Origin: an uncultured bacterium
Lineage (GTDB): Bacteria; Chlamydiota; Chlamydiia; Chlamydiales; JAAKFR01
NCBI GenBank assembly: GCA_964588495.1
Contig: CAZPPS010000010.1
Span: 1,281 to 65,280 of the forward strand
Direction: 5' to 3'
Length of the DNA stretch: 64,000 bases
The notes beneath the pieces were generated by a model that was not told the origin of the DNA, searched no databases, and saw nothing but the letters and a program-made list of their open reading frames with translations. The position numbers and the translations under genes are program-made. The stretch's first letter is position 1; every line of letters begins with the position of its first letter. Shown in pieces: positions 27,596 to 37,291 of the stretch.

Positions 27596-28360
27596 ATGAG
27601 CGAACAATTTCCTGATTTTAACCAAGTGATTGCTCTCCACACTGCAAAAGGTCTGGAGTGGGACTTAATCTCTGAAATGGCTCCTCTCTTGCCACGTGGT
27701 TGGTGGGAGCTTGCACGCTTAAGCTCTGAGTATCGGATCGAATTTACCCATGAATTTTGGCAATCCAAGTTTCCCTATGTAGAAGCAGGGATTTTCGAAA
27801 ATTTTTTCACCCATCTCGAGGACATCGGGATTTTTGCTGTGCAGGCCAAAAAAGAGGGCCCGTTTGATGTCCATATGGTCTATACCCTTAAAGACGGGGC
27901 TGGTTTTTTTCAGGGAGAGCCACCTGCAAGCGTTGTGACCACACATAACTTGTCACAAAAATTTGGTAATTTAAGTTTTCCTCTCGATTATCTGGCTTTT
28001 TTGGAAATTCATGATGGTTTTAGCAAATACACAGACACCGGCATGATCAAATCGCGTGACATGGCAAGAGCCTATCAAAAATTTCAGCAGCTTTTATCCA
28101 ATGAGATTGTTGTAAACACCGATGGCAATGCTGTCGAATCAGAAAGTTTGGTCCCTTTTTATGAGTCTTCTGTTCTTCACTGCTACCAATGCTTTTATAC
28201 CGATTGGTATCCCAAAGAAGAGGTGGGAAATGTCTTTTTTTCTGAATATGAGCGCACCATTAGTGATGTGAGCGATCCTTATTTGCTGAAGGAAAATCAG
28301 GCTTTTCCAACGTTTACCGATTGGCTGAAATTTTATTTGGAGGAAGATTGGCATCTGTAG
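27596..28360 (+). CDS. Hypothetical protein, possibly with a SMI1/KNR4 (SUKH)-like C-terminal domain
   Basis: LSQKFGNLSFPLDYLAFLEIHDGFS ... LVPFYES ... is reminiscent of SUKH domains (weak, by eye). Its 3' end overlaps the hprK-like ORF by 40 nt. The track starts at TTG 27563. Confidence 0.35.
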   Translation: MSEQFPDFNQVIALHTAKGLEWDLISEMAPLLPRGWWELARLSSEYRIEFTHEFWQSKFPYVEAGIFENFFTHLEDIGIFAVQAKKEGPFDVHMVYTLKDGAGFFQGEPPASVVTTHNLSQKFGNLSFPLDYLAFLEIHDGFSKYTDTGMIKSRDMARAYQKFQQLLSNEIVVNTDGNAVESESLVPFYESSVLHCYQCFYTDWYPKEEVGNVFFSEYERTISDVSDPYLLKENQAFPTFTDWLKFYLEEDWHL

Positions 28361-28863
28361 TCAGCGTTCATGGATCTTGTGTCGATGTGTTTGGAATGGG
28401 GCTCTTAATTATGGGAGAGCCCTCAATTGGCAAAAGTGAAGCTGCTTTAGGCCTTGTCCGGAGGGGGCATCGTCTTATTGCAGATGATGTTGTCAAGCTC
28501 TCTAAGCAGAGTGAAGAGATGCTAGAAGCAAGTGGCTATGACGCCTCCCGCTTTTTTCTCGAACTCAAAGGGATGGGTGTGATCAACATTGCCGAGCTTT
28601 ACGGGATGTCAGCTGTTCAGGAAAAGAAAAATCTTGATCTTGTAGTCAAGTTGGAAGTGTGGAATGATAATCAATTTTACCAATCGGACACAAGTCTTGA
28701 AGAAACGGTGACTTTTTTGGATGTGGACATTCCCTTTCAAAATTTGCCAGTGACTGCAGGACGGGATGTTGTCCTTTTTTTAGAGACACTCGTGTTGAGA
28801 TTGCGATCAAAGCAGATGACAAAGATCGAAAGAAAAGGGAGTTTGTGGCAATGCAGCAATTGA
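28321..28863 (+). CDS. hprK: HPr kinase/phosphorylase, short form (catalytic C-terminal domain only)
   Basis: VHGSCVDVFGMGLLIMGEPSIGKSEAALGLVRRGHRLIADDVV matches the HprK P-loop region. The N-terminal domain of long HprKs is absent. The start codon is uncertain (TTG 28321 or 28348). Confidence 0.8.
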   Translation: MAEILFGGRLASVVSVHGSCVDVFGMGLLIMGEPSIGKSEAALGLVRRGHRLIADDVVKLSKQSEEMLEASGYDASRFFLELKGMGVINIAELYGMSAVQEKKNLDLVVKLEVWNDNQFYQSDTSLEETVTFLDVDIPFQNLPVTAGRDVVLFLETLVLRLRSKQMTKIERKGSLWQCSN

Positions 28864-29162
28864 TTCAAAAAGTCCGCGTGAAAAATAAGCTCGGTATTCA
28901 CACACGTCCTGCGACGATGATTGTTCAACTTTTGCAGGATGCCAAAAGTGAGGTTCTTTTTACCTATAAGAAAGAGACAATCAATGCCAAAAGCATTTTG
29001 AGCATCCTCATACTTGCAGCTCCTAAGAACGCTCAGATTACGATTCAAGTGAAAGGGGATGATGCTGAATGCACGATGGATCGTCTTTTGGAGGTGTTTG
29101 AAAGCGGTTTTGGTGAAGGGCAGCATGTTGTGAAAAAAGAGGGGAGGCATGTGCTGAAGTGA
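28851..29162 (+). CDS. ptsH: Phosphocarrier protein HPr
   Basis: The active-site His context is GIHTRPA and the regulatory Ser context is NAKSILSIL. The track start GTG 28845 is also possible. Confidence 0.9.
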   Translation: MQQLIQKVRVKNKLGIHTRPATMIVQLLQDAKSEVLFTYKKETINAKSILSILILAAPKNAQITIQVKGDDAECTMDRLLEVFESGFGEGQHVVKKEGRHVLK

Positions 29163-30916
29163 CAGAAACTAATGACGCACATGGAGAGTTTTGTTTAAAA
29201 GGGTACCCAATTTGTCCTGGGATTGCCATCGGTCCCCCTTTCTTTTTTACCGTGGCAGAAGAAAATGTTCCCGAGTTTCACGTTCCTGATCATGAGATTG
29301 AGAAGGAAGTCGACCGTTATTATAGCGCTCTTACCAACTCGCGCACAGATCTTATGTCTTTGCAACACAGGCTTCAAAAAGAAGGTGGAAATGAAGCTGC
29401 GGCCATTTTAGGCTCCCACCTTGAGATCATGCGCGATCCTCTGATGACTGTCGAGATGGAAGAGGCCATTCGGGTTAGAGGCAAAAACACAGAATATGTC
29501 TTCAAAACTGTCCTTGGGGAATATGAAAAGAAATTCAACAAAATCCCCGATGAATTTTTTAGAGAAAGACTCAAGGATTTTCAAGATATCTCACGCCGCA
29601 TTATTGGACATTTGCGCAAACATGAAAGATGTACCCTTGGGCAGCTTAATTTAAGATCGATCGTTTTTGCACATGAACTTTTGCCTTCAGACACTGCAGA
29701 GGCAAATACAGATGTGATCGAAGCGTTTGTCACAAGAACGGGAGCTGAAACTTCCCATGTGGCCATTATGGCGCGGGCAAAAGGGATTCCTTTTGTTTCG
29801 AATGTGGATTTCCCCGATCTTACAGTTTCTGTGCCCCCACGCGTTATTGTGGATGGGTGCTCTGGACAGGTGATTATCAATCCCAGCAAAGAAACCATTG
29901 TTTACTATAAAGAAGAGCAGAAAAAGCAACAGATCAAGACAAAATGTTTGCAGAGCACGGGCATTTTGCCGGCAGAGACAATGGACGGCTATAAAGTCCG
30001 CTTGTCTGGCAACATTGAAATGACAGAGCTTGACACTCTCAATGACTTTGGTGGGGAAGGAGTGGGACTTTTTCGCTCCGAATACCTTTTTATTGCACGT
30101 GATGCTTTTCCTTCTGAAGAAGAACAGTTTTTATCTTACAGGAGTCTCACTGAAAAAGTGGAAGGTCACCCTTCTGTGATCCGGACCTTCGATTTAGGAG
30201 GGGATAAGCTCGGCAATTTCCACATGAACCGCTACGAGAAAAATCCTTACTTAGGCTGCCGCGCAATCCGCCTGATGCTCAAAGACAAGGCTGTTTTCAA
30301 AACACAAATCCGTGCGATTTTAAGAGCCAGCGCCTTTGGCGAGGTGGGGATTCTCTTTCCGATGATCTCCGGAATTTTAGAGCTCCGTGAAGCCAAAGAA
30401 GTGGTTGAAGTGGCCAAGAAAGAACTCTTGAGATCAGGCGTTCCGTTTGCCCGCAACATTCCGATTGGTTGCATGATCGAAATCCCTTCTGCTGTCATGA
30501 CAGTGGACACGCTTCTACAGGAATGCGATTTTCTCTCAATTGGAACCAATGATCTTGTCCAATATACCTTGGCAGTTGACAGGGATAATCCGTCGATGAG
30601 CTATCTTTATTTGCCAGCGCATCCCAGCATCGTCAAAATGATTAAAATTGTGGTCGACGCAGGCATTAAAGCCAACAAATCGGTTTCGGTCTGCGGCGAA
30701 ATTGCAGCCGATCCCAAATTTACACCTCTTCTTTTAGGACTTGGAGTACATGAACTTTCCGTCTCAAGTCCTTCAATCCCTGTGATTAAAAATGTGATCC
30801 GCCATCTTTCGATCATTGAAGCCCAGCAACTGGCCTTCGAAGCTCTGCAATGCACAACACCTCTTGAAATTACGGCTCTCCTTGAAAAGGCCTACCAAAA
30901 AATTCACGCCGATTGA
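29159..30916 (+). CDS. ptsI: PTS Enzyme I (phosphoenolpyruvate-protein phosphotransferase)
   Basis: It has the phospho-His region TGAETSHVAIMARAKGIP and a PEP-utilizing C-terminal domain (GLFRSEYLF, GTNDLVQY). It overlaps the ptsH stop by 4 nt. Confidence 0.95.
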   Translation: MTETNDAHGEFCLKGYPICPGIAIGPPFFFTVAEENVPEFHVPDHEIEKEVDRYYSALTNSRTDLMSLQHRLQKEGGNEAAAILGSHLEIMRDPLMTVEMEEAIRVRGKNTEYVFKTVLGEYEKKFNKIPDEFFRERLKDFQDISRRIIGHLRKHERCTLGQLNLRSIVFAHELLPSDTAEANTDVIEAFVTRTGAETSHVAIMARAKGIPFVSNVDFPDLTVSVPPRVIVDGCSGQVIINPSKETIVYYKEEQKKQQIKTKCLQSTGILPAETMDGYKVRLSGNIEMTELDTLNDFGGEGVGLFRSEYLFIARDAFPSEEEQFLSYRSLTEKVEGHPSVIRTFDLGGDKLGNFHMNRYEKNPYLGCRAIRLMLKDKAVFKTQIRAILRASAFGEVGILFPMISGILELREAKEVVEVAKKELLRSGVPFARNIPIGCMIEIPSAVMTVDTLLQECDFLSIGTNDLVQYTLAVDRDNPSMSYLYLPAHPSIVKMIKIVVDAGIKANKSVSVCGEIAADPKFTPLLLGLGVHELSVSSPSIPVIKNVIRHLSIIEAQQLAFEALQCTTPLEITALLEKAYQKIHAD

Positions 30917-30976
30917 CAAGAAAGATTTTATTCTTAATCATCTCTTTTTAAAAGCAAACGCCTATAGGAGGTCACT

Positions 30977-31285
30977 ATGATTATTCAGAAAGTAACAGCA
31001 ATGTGTACTAAAGCATGTGAGACAGAATTTTCCCCACGTCTAAAACAAGCATCCTTTGGATTGGATTGGGTTACTGCAGCAGCCCTTTTGGTAATCGGAT
31101 TGCTCGGAGCGCTCAATGTGATTCCAGTAGGAGTTGGAATAGCCTATGGATTATTAGGAGCAGGCATTGTCTACACCATCGCAATGGCTTTGCAAACAAG
31201 TGCTAAGATCAGCTGCGATTGCAAAGAGAAAAGTCAAGGCATCGGTTCGTCATTCAGTGATAAACTTGATCATTGGATTAAGTAA
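30977..31285 (+). CDS. Inc-like small membrane protein
   Basis: Bilobed hydrophobic region: LDWVTAAALLVIGLLGALNVIPVGVGIAYGLLGAGIVYTIAMAL. Confidence 0.5.
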   Translation: MIIQKVTAMCTKACETEFSPRLKQASFGLDWVTAAALLVIGLLGALNVIPVGVGIAYGLLGAGIVYTIAMALQTSAKISCDCKEKSQGIGSSFSDKLDHWIK

Positions 31286-31304
31286 TACCTGTCTAGGCAC
31301 TATA

Positions 31305-31440
31305 CTTTACAGGAGTGCGGCGATTATTCGCAGACCTTCAGTGGACAAAAAGGCCTTTTAGGGTATACAGAGTCAACTCTCACCGGATTTTTATCCGATT
31401 GAAGGGCGGCGAATAATCGCCGCACTCCTGGAAGGTTAAC
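31305..31440. repeat. Family B palindromic repeat, copy B3
   Basis: The left arm is ctttacaggagtgcggcgattattcgcagaccttca and the right arm is ccgattgaagggcggcgaataatcgccgcactcctggaaggttaac. Confidence 0.85.
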
Positions 31441-31458
31441 TTAAGCAACCTAAGCCTG

Positions 31459-32043
31459 TTACCTTTGATGCAGAGAGAGAGTTTCTAATATGAAATCGGC
31501 GCGTTCCTTAACGGAAACTTTGGGCAGCACGACAATCTCGTAGCCACACATTTTATATTTGATCACTGTCTCGTTGTATTCTTTGATCGCAGCTTCAAAA
31601 TCGTGTTGCCGCACCTCGTCATTTTCAAAAATCTCTTTCCAGGGGGGCGCTACAAAGACTTTTGGGCAATATCTAAATCTTTCGGCAGCGAGCTCGAAAT
31701 ATTGGGGTTGTGGGCGATTGACCTGAATGGCATCAACGATGCCCCTATCAAAAAAAATCAAGCCCTGATGTTCCATCAAGGAGACGAATTTATGAAGATA
31801 GCGAGAAAGTGCTATGTCGAGGAATTTATCCAAATTTTTTTCTGGAACAGCATCTCCATCAATGGCCTTTTGCTCTTTGATGATTTGTCTGCCCGGCTCT
31901 CTTGCGACTTCATAACCCCGATCTAACATTTCTTTTAAAAGGCTCGATTTTCCTCCTCCAGAGGATCCTGAAAGAACAATATAATTTTCTCGAACCAAAG
32001 GAAAATCGGGGTCTTTTAAATAATCATGCTCAGGAACTTTCAT
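31459..32043 (-). CDS. Small P-loop NTPase (AAA_28/COG3911-like)
   Basis: The Walker A motif is LSGSSGGGKSSLL, and size and layout resemble stand-alone predicted ATPases. Function is unknown. Confidence 0.5.
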   Translation of the reverse strand: MKVPEHDYLKDPDFPLVRENYIVLSGSSGGGKSSLLKEMLDRGYEVAREPGRQIIKEQKAIDGDAVPEKNLDKFLDIALSRYLHKFVSLMEHQGLIFFDRGIVDAIQVNRPQPQYFELAAERFRYCPKVFVAPPWKEIFENDEVRQHDFEAAIKEYNETVIKYKMCGYEIVVLPKVSVKERADFILETLSLHQR

Positions 32044-32351
32044 TGCAAACCATAGTGAAGTTTAAAACAGGCATCTTCATCTTCGATGAGTTCATATTTG
32101 AGAGCATCTTGGGGAGTCACCCAGGTAAAGCCTTTATGCTCTTTAAAGTTGATTTTTACAGCGCTTGGATCCCCATCAAAGTGAACACGGTAGGTGTGGT
32201 AGGTGAAATGGTCTTTATCATTATATTCGATGTAGAGGCAAGCGACGGCAATTTTTGGCTTGAAATTGGGCGAGGGCTCTAGATAAATGGTCGCTTTCAA
32301 GGGGCTTGTTGTCAAAAACAAAAGAGCTAGAAGGATTGCTCGTGTAAACAT
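32040..32351 (-). CDS. Small secreted hypothetical protein
   Basis: It has an N-terminal signal-peptide-like MFTRAILLALLFLTTSPLKA. Its stop overlaps the downstream ATG (ATGA). Confidence 0.45.
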   Translation of the reverse strand: MFTRAILLALLFLTTSPLKATIYLEPSPNFKPKIAVACLYIEYNDKDHFTYHTYRVHFDGDPSAVKINFKEHKGFTWVTPQDALKYELIEDEDACFKLHYGLQ

Positions 32352-32378
32352 AGAGCCTTTTTTTCATTTGATACCGTT

Positions 32379-32493
32379 ACCGACCTGAGCTTCCGTTTTT
32401 TTTAACACAAAGACACAAAGGCACAAAGAAAAAAATATATAGGTCTCTTCGTGTCTTTGCGTCTTTGTGTTAAAAAAACGGAAGCTCAGGTCG
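32379..32493. repeat. Family A palindromic repeat, copy A3 (near-perfect)
   Basis: ccgacctgagcttccgttttttttaacacaaagacacaaaggcacaaag pairs with cttcgtgtctttgcgtctttgtgttaaaaaaacggaagctcaggtcgg. Confidence 0.9.
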
Positions 32494-32511
32494 GGCACGC
32501 TCACGGGCGTG

Positions 32512-32820
32512 TTAAAAATTGCCGAAAGGCATGCCTGGAGGAAGGCCCATGTCGGACATGGAGTTCTTTTCAAGCTGTTTGACAGCGTCGTTGTGAGCTG
32601 CTCTGATGAGGTCCTGGAGCCCTTCCACATCTTCCGGGTCGACACATTCGGGTTTGATTTTGATGTCGATTATTTCGTTATCGCCGTTGAGAGTGATGGA
32701 AACAAGGCCGTTGCCTGCAATTCCTGTGGCTTTTTCATCTTTGAGCTTATCTTGCATCTCTTTGAATTTTGCCTGCATCATCTTGGCTTCTTTTTTTCGC
32801 TTTGCGAAACCGCTTCCCAT
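32512..32820 (-). CDS. ybaB: Nucleoid-associated protein YbaB/EbfC
   Basis: About 100 aa, reading MMQAKFKEMQDKLKDEKATGIAGNGLVSITLNGDNEIIDIKI..PEDVEGLQDLIRAAHNDA. It lies immediately downstream of dnaX, the classic arrangement. Confidence 0.85.
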   Translation of the reverse strand: MGSGFAKRKKEAKMMQAKFKEMQDKLKDEKATGIAGNGLVSITLNGDNEIIDIKIKPECVDPEDVEGLQDLIRAAHNDAVKQLEKNSMSDMGLPPGMPFGNF

Positions 32821-32833
32821 GTGATTACTCCTT

Positions 32834-34249
32834 CTATTTATGTTCCAATGAGCCCAGTTTGAATGAGTCCAGTTTGGACGGATTTGACTCTAAAGTTGCG
32901 TTTAATTCTTTTGCCGCAAAACGGACAATTGTGTCAAAGCGACTCTGCTCCTGAACGGGGACAGCTTGCAAGGGTTTGGCAGGTGCCGGCTTTGGTTTTT
33001 CTTCGATTGGTTTAGGTTTTAGTTTTGGCAGCTCTTCTGGCTTTGGTGTGGGATCTTCAGTAATGGATGCCCTTTCTTGTCGAGGGGGCGGTGAGGGGGC
33101 TACAGGAGCGGTTGTTGTCACCCCTTTTTCTAAAGAGATCAACCTTTCTACAAGGCTTTCCAAAGAGACATGTGCGTGTGTGCGCAAAATTTTTAACAAA
33201 AGCATCTCAAGAGCTGTCCGCTCTGATGTGGCGTTTTTAAGGGTGCTTTGTGTGTCAGTAATCAGTTCCAGAATGTGAATCAGCTGCTCTAAACGGTAGA
33301 GAGGGGCTTTTGCTTCATAGATTTTGCTTGCTTGGCCTGTAGGCTTAATCCCATTTTTAATCAGGAGCAGCTTGCGGAAGTGGGTGATCAGCTCTTCGAG
33401 AAAAAAGGAGAGGTTTTTTCCAGAGGAAAAAAGCTCTTCAGCGATTGTGAAAGCAGCTGTCAGGTTATTCTTGGCCCCCTCATCGGTTAGAGAAAAGAGG
33501 AGATCTTTGGAAGGGAGCCCTAAACTTTCGGCTACAGTCTTGGTTGTGATTTTTTTTTGTTCAAATGCGAGAATCTGATCCAATAAAGAGAGGGCATCGC
33601 GCAAACTCCCTTCAGACATCTCTGCGAGCGTTTCTAAAGCTTCTCGTTCGGCAGTAGCTCCACTATCTTGTGTGATCGCAAGGAGCTTGTCTGCCATTTT
33701 GTCAGTGGGGATTCTACGTAAATTAAATCTTTGGCACCGGCTTAAAATGGTTGGAGGAATTTTATGGGGCTCTGTTGTGCAGAAGAAAAATTTGACGTGC
33801 GGTGGGGGCTCTTCCAGGGTCTTCAAAAGGGCATTGAAGGCCTCTTTTGTCAACATATGAACCTCATCGATGAGATAAATTTTATAGCGGGAGCTTGTAG
33901 GGGCAAATCCAATGGTTTCGTTGATTTGCCGGATATCTTCAATTCCCCGGTGGGAAGCGCCATCAATTTCTAAAACGTCAATGGAGTGGCCAGCTGCAAT
34001 GTCACGGCAAGAGGGGCAGTTGTTGCAAGGCTCAGTTTCAGAAGAGAGGGCTTTACAATTCAAAGCCTTTGCAAATAGGCGGGCCAGCGTTGTTTTACCT
34101 GTTCCCCGGCAGCCACAAAAAAGATAGGCATGGGCAGTCCGTTCCTTGACAATGGCATTTTTTAAAGTCGCCACAATCACCGATTGGGCGATCACGTCGT
34201 GAAAAAGTTGGGGACGGTATTTACGGGCAAGAACCTTGTATTCACTCAT
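32834..34249 (-). CDS. dnaX: DNA polymerase III subunit gamma/tau
   Basis: LARKYRPQLFHDVIAQ, GCRGTGKTT, a CNNCPSC zinc module, IDEVHML and SRCQRF are present, with a Pro/Lys-rich C-terminus. Confidence 0.95.
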   Translation of the reverse strand: MSEYKVLARKYRPQLFHDVIAQSVIVATLKNAIVKERTAHAYLFCGCRGTGKTTLARLFAKALNCKALSSETEPCNNCPSCRDIAAGHSIDVLEIDGASHRGIEDIRQINETIGFAPTSSRYKIYLIDEVHMLTKEAFNALLKTLEEPPPHVKFFFCTTEPHKIPPTILSRCQRFNLRRIPTDKMADKLLAITQDSGATAEREALETLAEMSEGSLRDALSLLDQILAFEQKKITTKTVAESLGLPSKDLLFSLTDEGAKNNLTAAFTIAEELFSSGKNLSFFLEELITHFRKLLLIKNGIKPTGQASKIYEAKAPLYRLEQLIHILELITDTQSTLKNATSERTALEMLLLKILRTHAHVSLESLVERLISLEKGVTTTAPVAPSPPPRQERASITEDPTPKPEELPKLKPKPIEEKPKPAPAKPLQAVPVQEQSRFDTIVRFAAKELNATLESNPSKLDSFKLGSLEHK

Positions 34250-34349
34250 AGCTTAAATATTAAACCTTCTTACCTAGTGCTCGGTCAAGCATTTGTTTTT
34301 CCTCAATTGCTAAAAAGAGGAGGGTCCTCTATTCTACAGGATAGGTCAT

Positions 34350-36539
34350 ATGAATGATATTCCTTCAGAAAATTCAGACTCAAACGCAGACGAAGAGATT
34401 GCAGAGTTTCGATTTTCGCGAGCACAAAGTTATTTTGATAAAAGCATTACCATACGCCTCATCATAGGCGGCATATTCTCCCTTTGCCTCTTTTTTTTTC
34501 TCCATTTTCGAGAAACCTACATAGAAATTTTAGAACTGGGCAGTGAAGCGAAGAGCTATGTGGTAGCCCAAGTCGATTTTGCCTTCCCAGATGAAGAGGC
34601 CACCATTATTTTAAGGCAGGAAGCTGCCAACGAGATTGGCAACATCTGGCGGGTCAAAGAAGATCAGGTCAATCAGCGGGCCACAGAATTTCAAAAATAC
34701 ATTACGCAAAACGAGCAAGGAAGCAAGAAATGGGAAGAGCTGAGTAAGGAATATAATTTTAAAGATGTCGCTTTAGCCCTCAGCATCTTTACAGATGGTC
34801 TTTTACAAAGCCGGTTTACCGATATCAAAACCATATTGCGCATCGATAATCTCCCAGCTGCCGAGCTTCCCATCTCTGCCCGCTTTGTCTTTCCATTTCT
34901 CCCTTCAAAAGAGGCTGTACGCCTCCCGATTCAGTTCTGGTCCAATTTTGGCAAAACGGTCTTTACAGAAAATCAGATTCCACAACCTGTTGCGAGCTTC
35001 ATTTTGCACTATTTTGAGCCCTTTATGTGGAATTTTGAAATGGATCAGGGGATGGAATATACGCTGCGCAAAATTGCTCAGTCTAAAATTCCTGAAAAAT
35101 TTACCCGTGTGAGGGCTGGAGAGCGGATTTTAGATCAGGGGGAAAAAGTGCAGCTCCGCCATATTGCGATGCTGCAGGCGATGAAAGAAAAGCTCAATCA
35201 GAAAAGGAATTTGCTCGATCCGATCACCATTGCAGGTTCTTTACTGATGACCCTCCTTTTTGTGGGAGTGGTTGGGATTTTCATCAAAGAAAATCATCGG
35301 GACATCTTCTATTCCAACAGAAAGCTGGCCCTTCTTGCGACGATTTTGGTTTTATCGCTGTTCCTTGCTAAAACTGTGGAAGTTTTCCTCCTCAAGAACC
35401 CCACTCACATGATCGACAATGTCCAATTTCCCCTCTTTGTCCCTTTTGCAGCCATTTTAATTGCAAGCCTTCTCAATATCCGGATCGCAGCTTTTGCGAG
35501 CATCTTTTTAGCGGTCATTTATGCTTTGGCCCTTGCTGTCGACCCTATTCCTTTCTTAATCATCAACATCATCACAGCGATGATTGCGATTATGACAGGG
35601 CAGAAACTGCGCCGAAGAAAAGATGTTTTCATTGTGTGTGGGAAAGCCTGGCTTGCCGCCATTGTGGTTCTTTTAGCTTTCGATCTTTATGGCAACACAG
35701 CCTTTTCTCTAGCCTTTTTGAGCGATCTGACAAGTACTTTTCTGTTTATGCTCTTTACAGCAGTGGCTGTTGTGGGTCTTCTTCCGATTTTAGAGTCGAT
35801 ATTCCAGATCATGACAGACATTACGTTGATGGAGTTTATGGACCCCAGCAACGAGACTTTGCGGCGGCTAACTATTGAGGCTCCTGGAACCTATCAGCAC
35901 TCGATGGTTGTCGGACACCTTTCAGAGTCGGCTGCGGGGGCAATTGGAGCCAACGGCCTTTTTTGTAGAGTCGCCACTCAATACCATGACATTGGCAAAT
36001 TGACAAATCCCCAATATTTTACCGAAAACCAGCTTGGGGGAATGGACATGCACCAATTGTTGACCCCTTTAGAGTCTGCGCAGGTCATTGTAGCCCACGT
36101 TTCAGAAGGGGTGGCTTTGGCGCGCAAAGTGGGGCTTCCGGAGCAGTTTATCGACGTGATCAAGGAACATCACGGCACCACCCTTGTCTATTACTTTTAC
36201 CACAAACAAGTGGAGCTGCTGGGACGGGACCGGAGCAAAATCGATGAAAAAGATTTCCGCTATAGCGGTCCTAAGCCACGCACCAAAGAATCGACCATCA
36301 TCATGATTTCTGACACGCTCGAAGCTGCATCGCGCTGTTTAGATATTTTCAATGAAGAGACTGTGACAGATCTTGTTGATAAGCTGATCGCTCACAAAAT
36401 GGAAGATGGGCAATTTGATGAATCCCTTTTGACCTTTGAAGAGCTGGGAATTGTCAAACAAACCTTGATCAAAACGCTTTTGGCCGCCAGTCATCCAAGG
36501 ATTAAATATCCGCCCCACCATCCTGGAGAAGAGGGATGA
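34350..36539 (+). CDS. 7TM-receptor-type HD-domain phosphohydrolase (PgpH/YqfF-like)
   Basis: A large N-terminal extracytoplasmic region and about 7 TM segments precede a C-terminal HD domain (YQHSMVVGHL...QYHDIGK...EHHGT). Confidence 0.75.
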   Translation: MNDIPSENSDSNADEEIAEFRFSRAQSYFDKSITIRLIIGGIFSLCLFFFLHFRETYIEILELGSEAKSYVVAQVDFAFPDEEATIILRQEAANEIGNIWRVKEDQVNQRATEFQKYITQNEQGSKKWEELSKEYNFKDVALALSIFTDGLLQSRFTDIKTILRIDNLPAAELPISARFVFPFLPSKEAVRLPIQFWSNFGKTVFTENQIPQPVASFILHYFEPFMWNFEMDQGMEYTLRKIAQSKIPEKFTRVRAGERILDQGEKVQLRHIAMLQAMKEKLNQKRNLLDPITIAGSLLMTLLFVGVVGIFIKENHRDIFYSNRKLALLATILVLSLFLAKTVEVFLLKNPTHMIDNVQFPLFVPFAAILIASLLNIRIAAFASIFLAVIYALALAVDPIPFLIINIITAMIAIMTGQKLRRRKDVFIVCGKAWLAAIVVLLAFDLYGNTAFSLAFLSDLTSTFLFMLFTAVAVVGLLPILESIFQIMTDITLMEFMDPSNETLRRLTIEAPGTYQHSMVVGHLSESAAGAIGANGLFCRVATQYHDIGKLTNPQYFTENQLGGMDMHQLLTPLESAQVIVAHVSEGVALARKVGLPEQFIDVIKEHHGTTLVYYFYHKQVELLGRDRSKIDEKDFRYSGPKPRTKESTIIMISDTLEAASRCLDIFNEETVTDLVDKLIAHKMEDGQFDESLLTFEELGIVKQTLIKTLLAASHPRIKYPPHHPGEEG

Positions 36540-37291
36540 AATTTGAAAGGGCCTTAATTACTGGGGCCAGCTCTGGAATTGGGGAGGCACTTGCCCACCT
36601 TTTAACTCAAAAAGGGATCTCTTTGATTGTGTCGGGAAGAAATCAAGAGCGCCTTGAAAAATTAAAAGCCGAGCAAATCCTCGTAGTCGATCTTCAAAAT
36701 CGTGAAGAGAGAAAAAAAATCATTGAGACAATCCGCCAGAAAACGCCCGATTTGGTGATTAACTGCGCAGGTTTTGGCTTTATGGGCGATCTTTTGACAA
36801 TCTCCGTAGAAGAGCAGCTTGCCATGGTTGAGGTAAATGTGATGGCGGCCCTTGAGATTACACTGGAAGCAGCGCGTGCCTTGGTTAGAGCAGGAAAAAA
36901 AGGGGTGATCCTGAATGTCTCCTCTGTGGCGGGCGAATTTCCCTGTCCAGGGGAAAGCGTTTATGGAGCGACAAAGGCTTTTTTGACAAAAGCCTCTCAG
37001 GCTTTAGATGTTGAAGTGCGGGTAAAAGGGATCTCTATACTCGCAAGCTGTCCTGGAATGGTGGCTACTGATTTTACAAACCGGGCGGCAAAAAAACAGG
37101 TGAACAACCTGGGAAGTGTGGTCATGACCCCCCAATTTGCGGCAGAAGAAATTTGGCGGCAAATTGAGAAAAGGAAAAAAAAGCATATTTTCAATTGGCA
37201 GTATCGGGTACTCTCTTGGTTTGCAAAATACTTGGTACCCAATTCACTTATCGAAAAAATTATATGGAAGCAGATCAAACAGAGAACGTAA
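36536..37291 (+). CDS. Short-chain dehydrogenase/reductase (SDR)
   Basis: It has the TGASSGIGEA cofactor motif and the catalytic YGATKAF (YxxxK). Confidence 0.85.
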   Translation: MKFERALITGASSGIGEALAHLLTQKGISLIVSGRNQERLEKLKAEQILVVDLQNREERKKIIETIRQKTPDLVINCAGFGFMGDLLTISVEEQLAMVEVNVMAALEITLEAARALVRAGKKGVILNVSSVAGEFPCPGESVYGATKAFLTKASQALDVEVRVKGISILASCPGMVATDFTNRAAKKQVNNLGSVVMTPQFAAEEIWRQIEKRKKKHIFNWQYRVLSWFAKYLVPNSLIEKIIWKQIKQRT

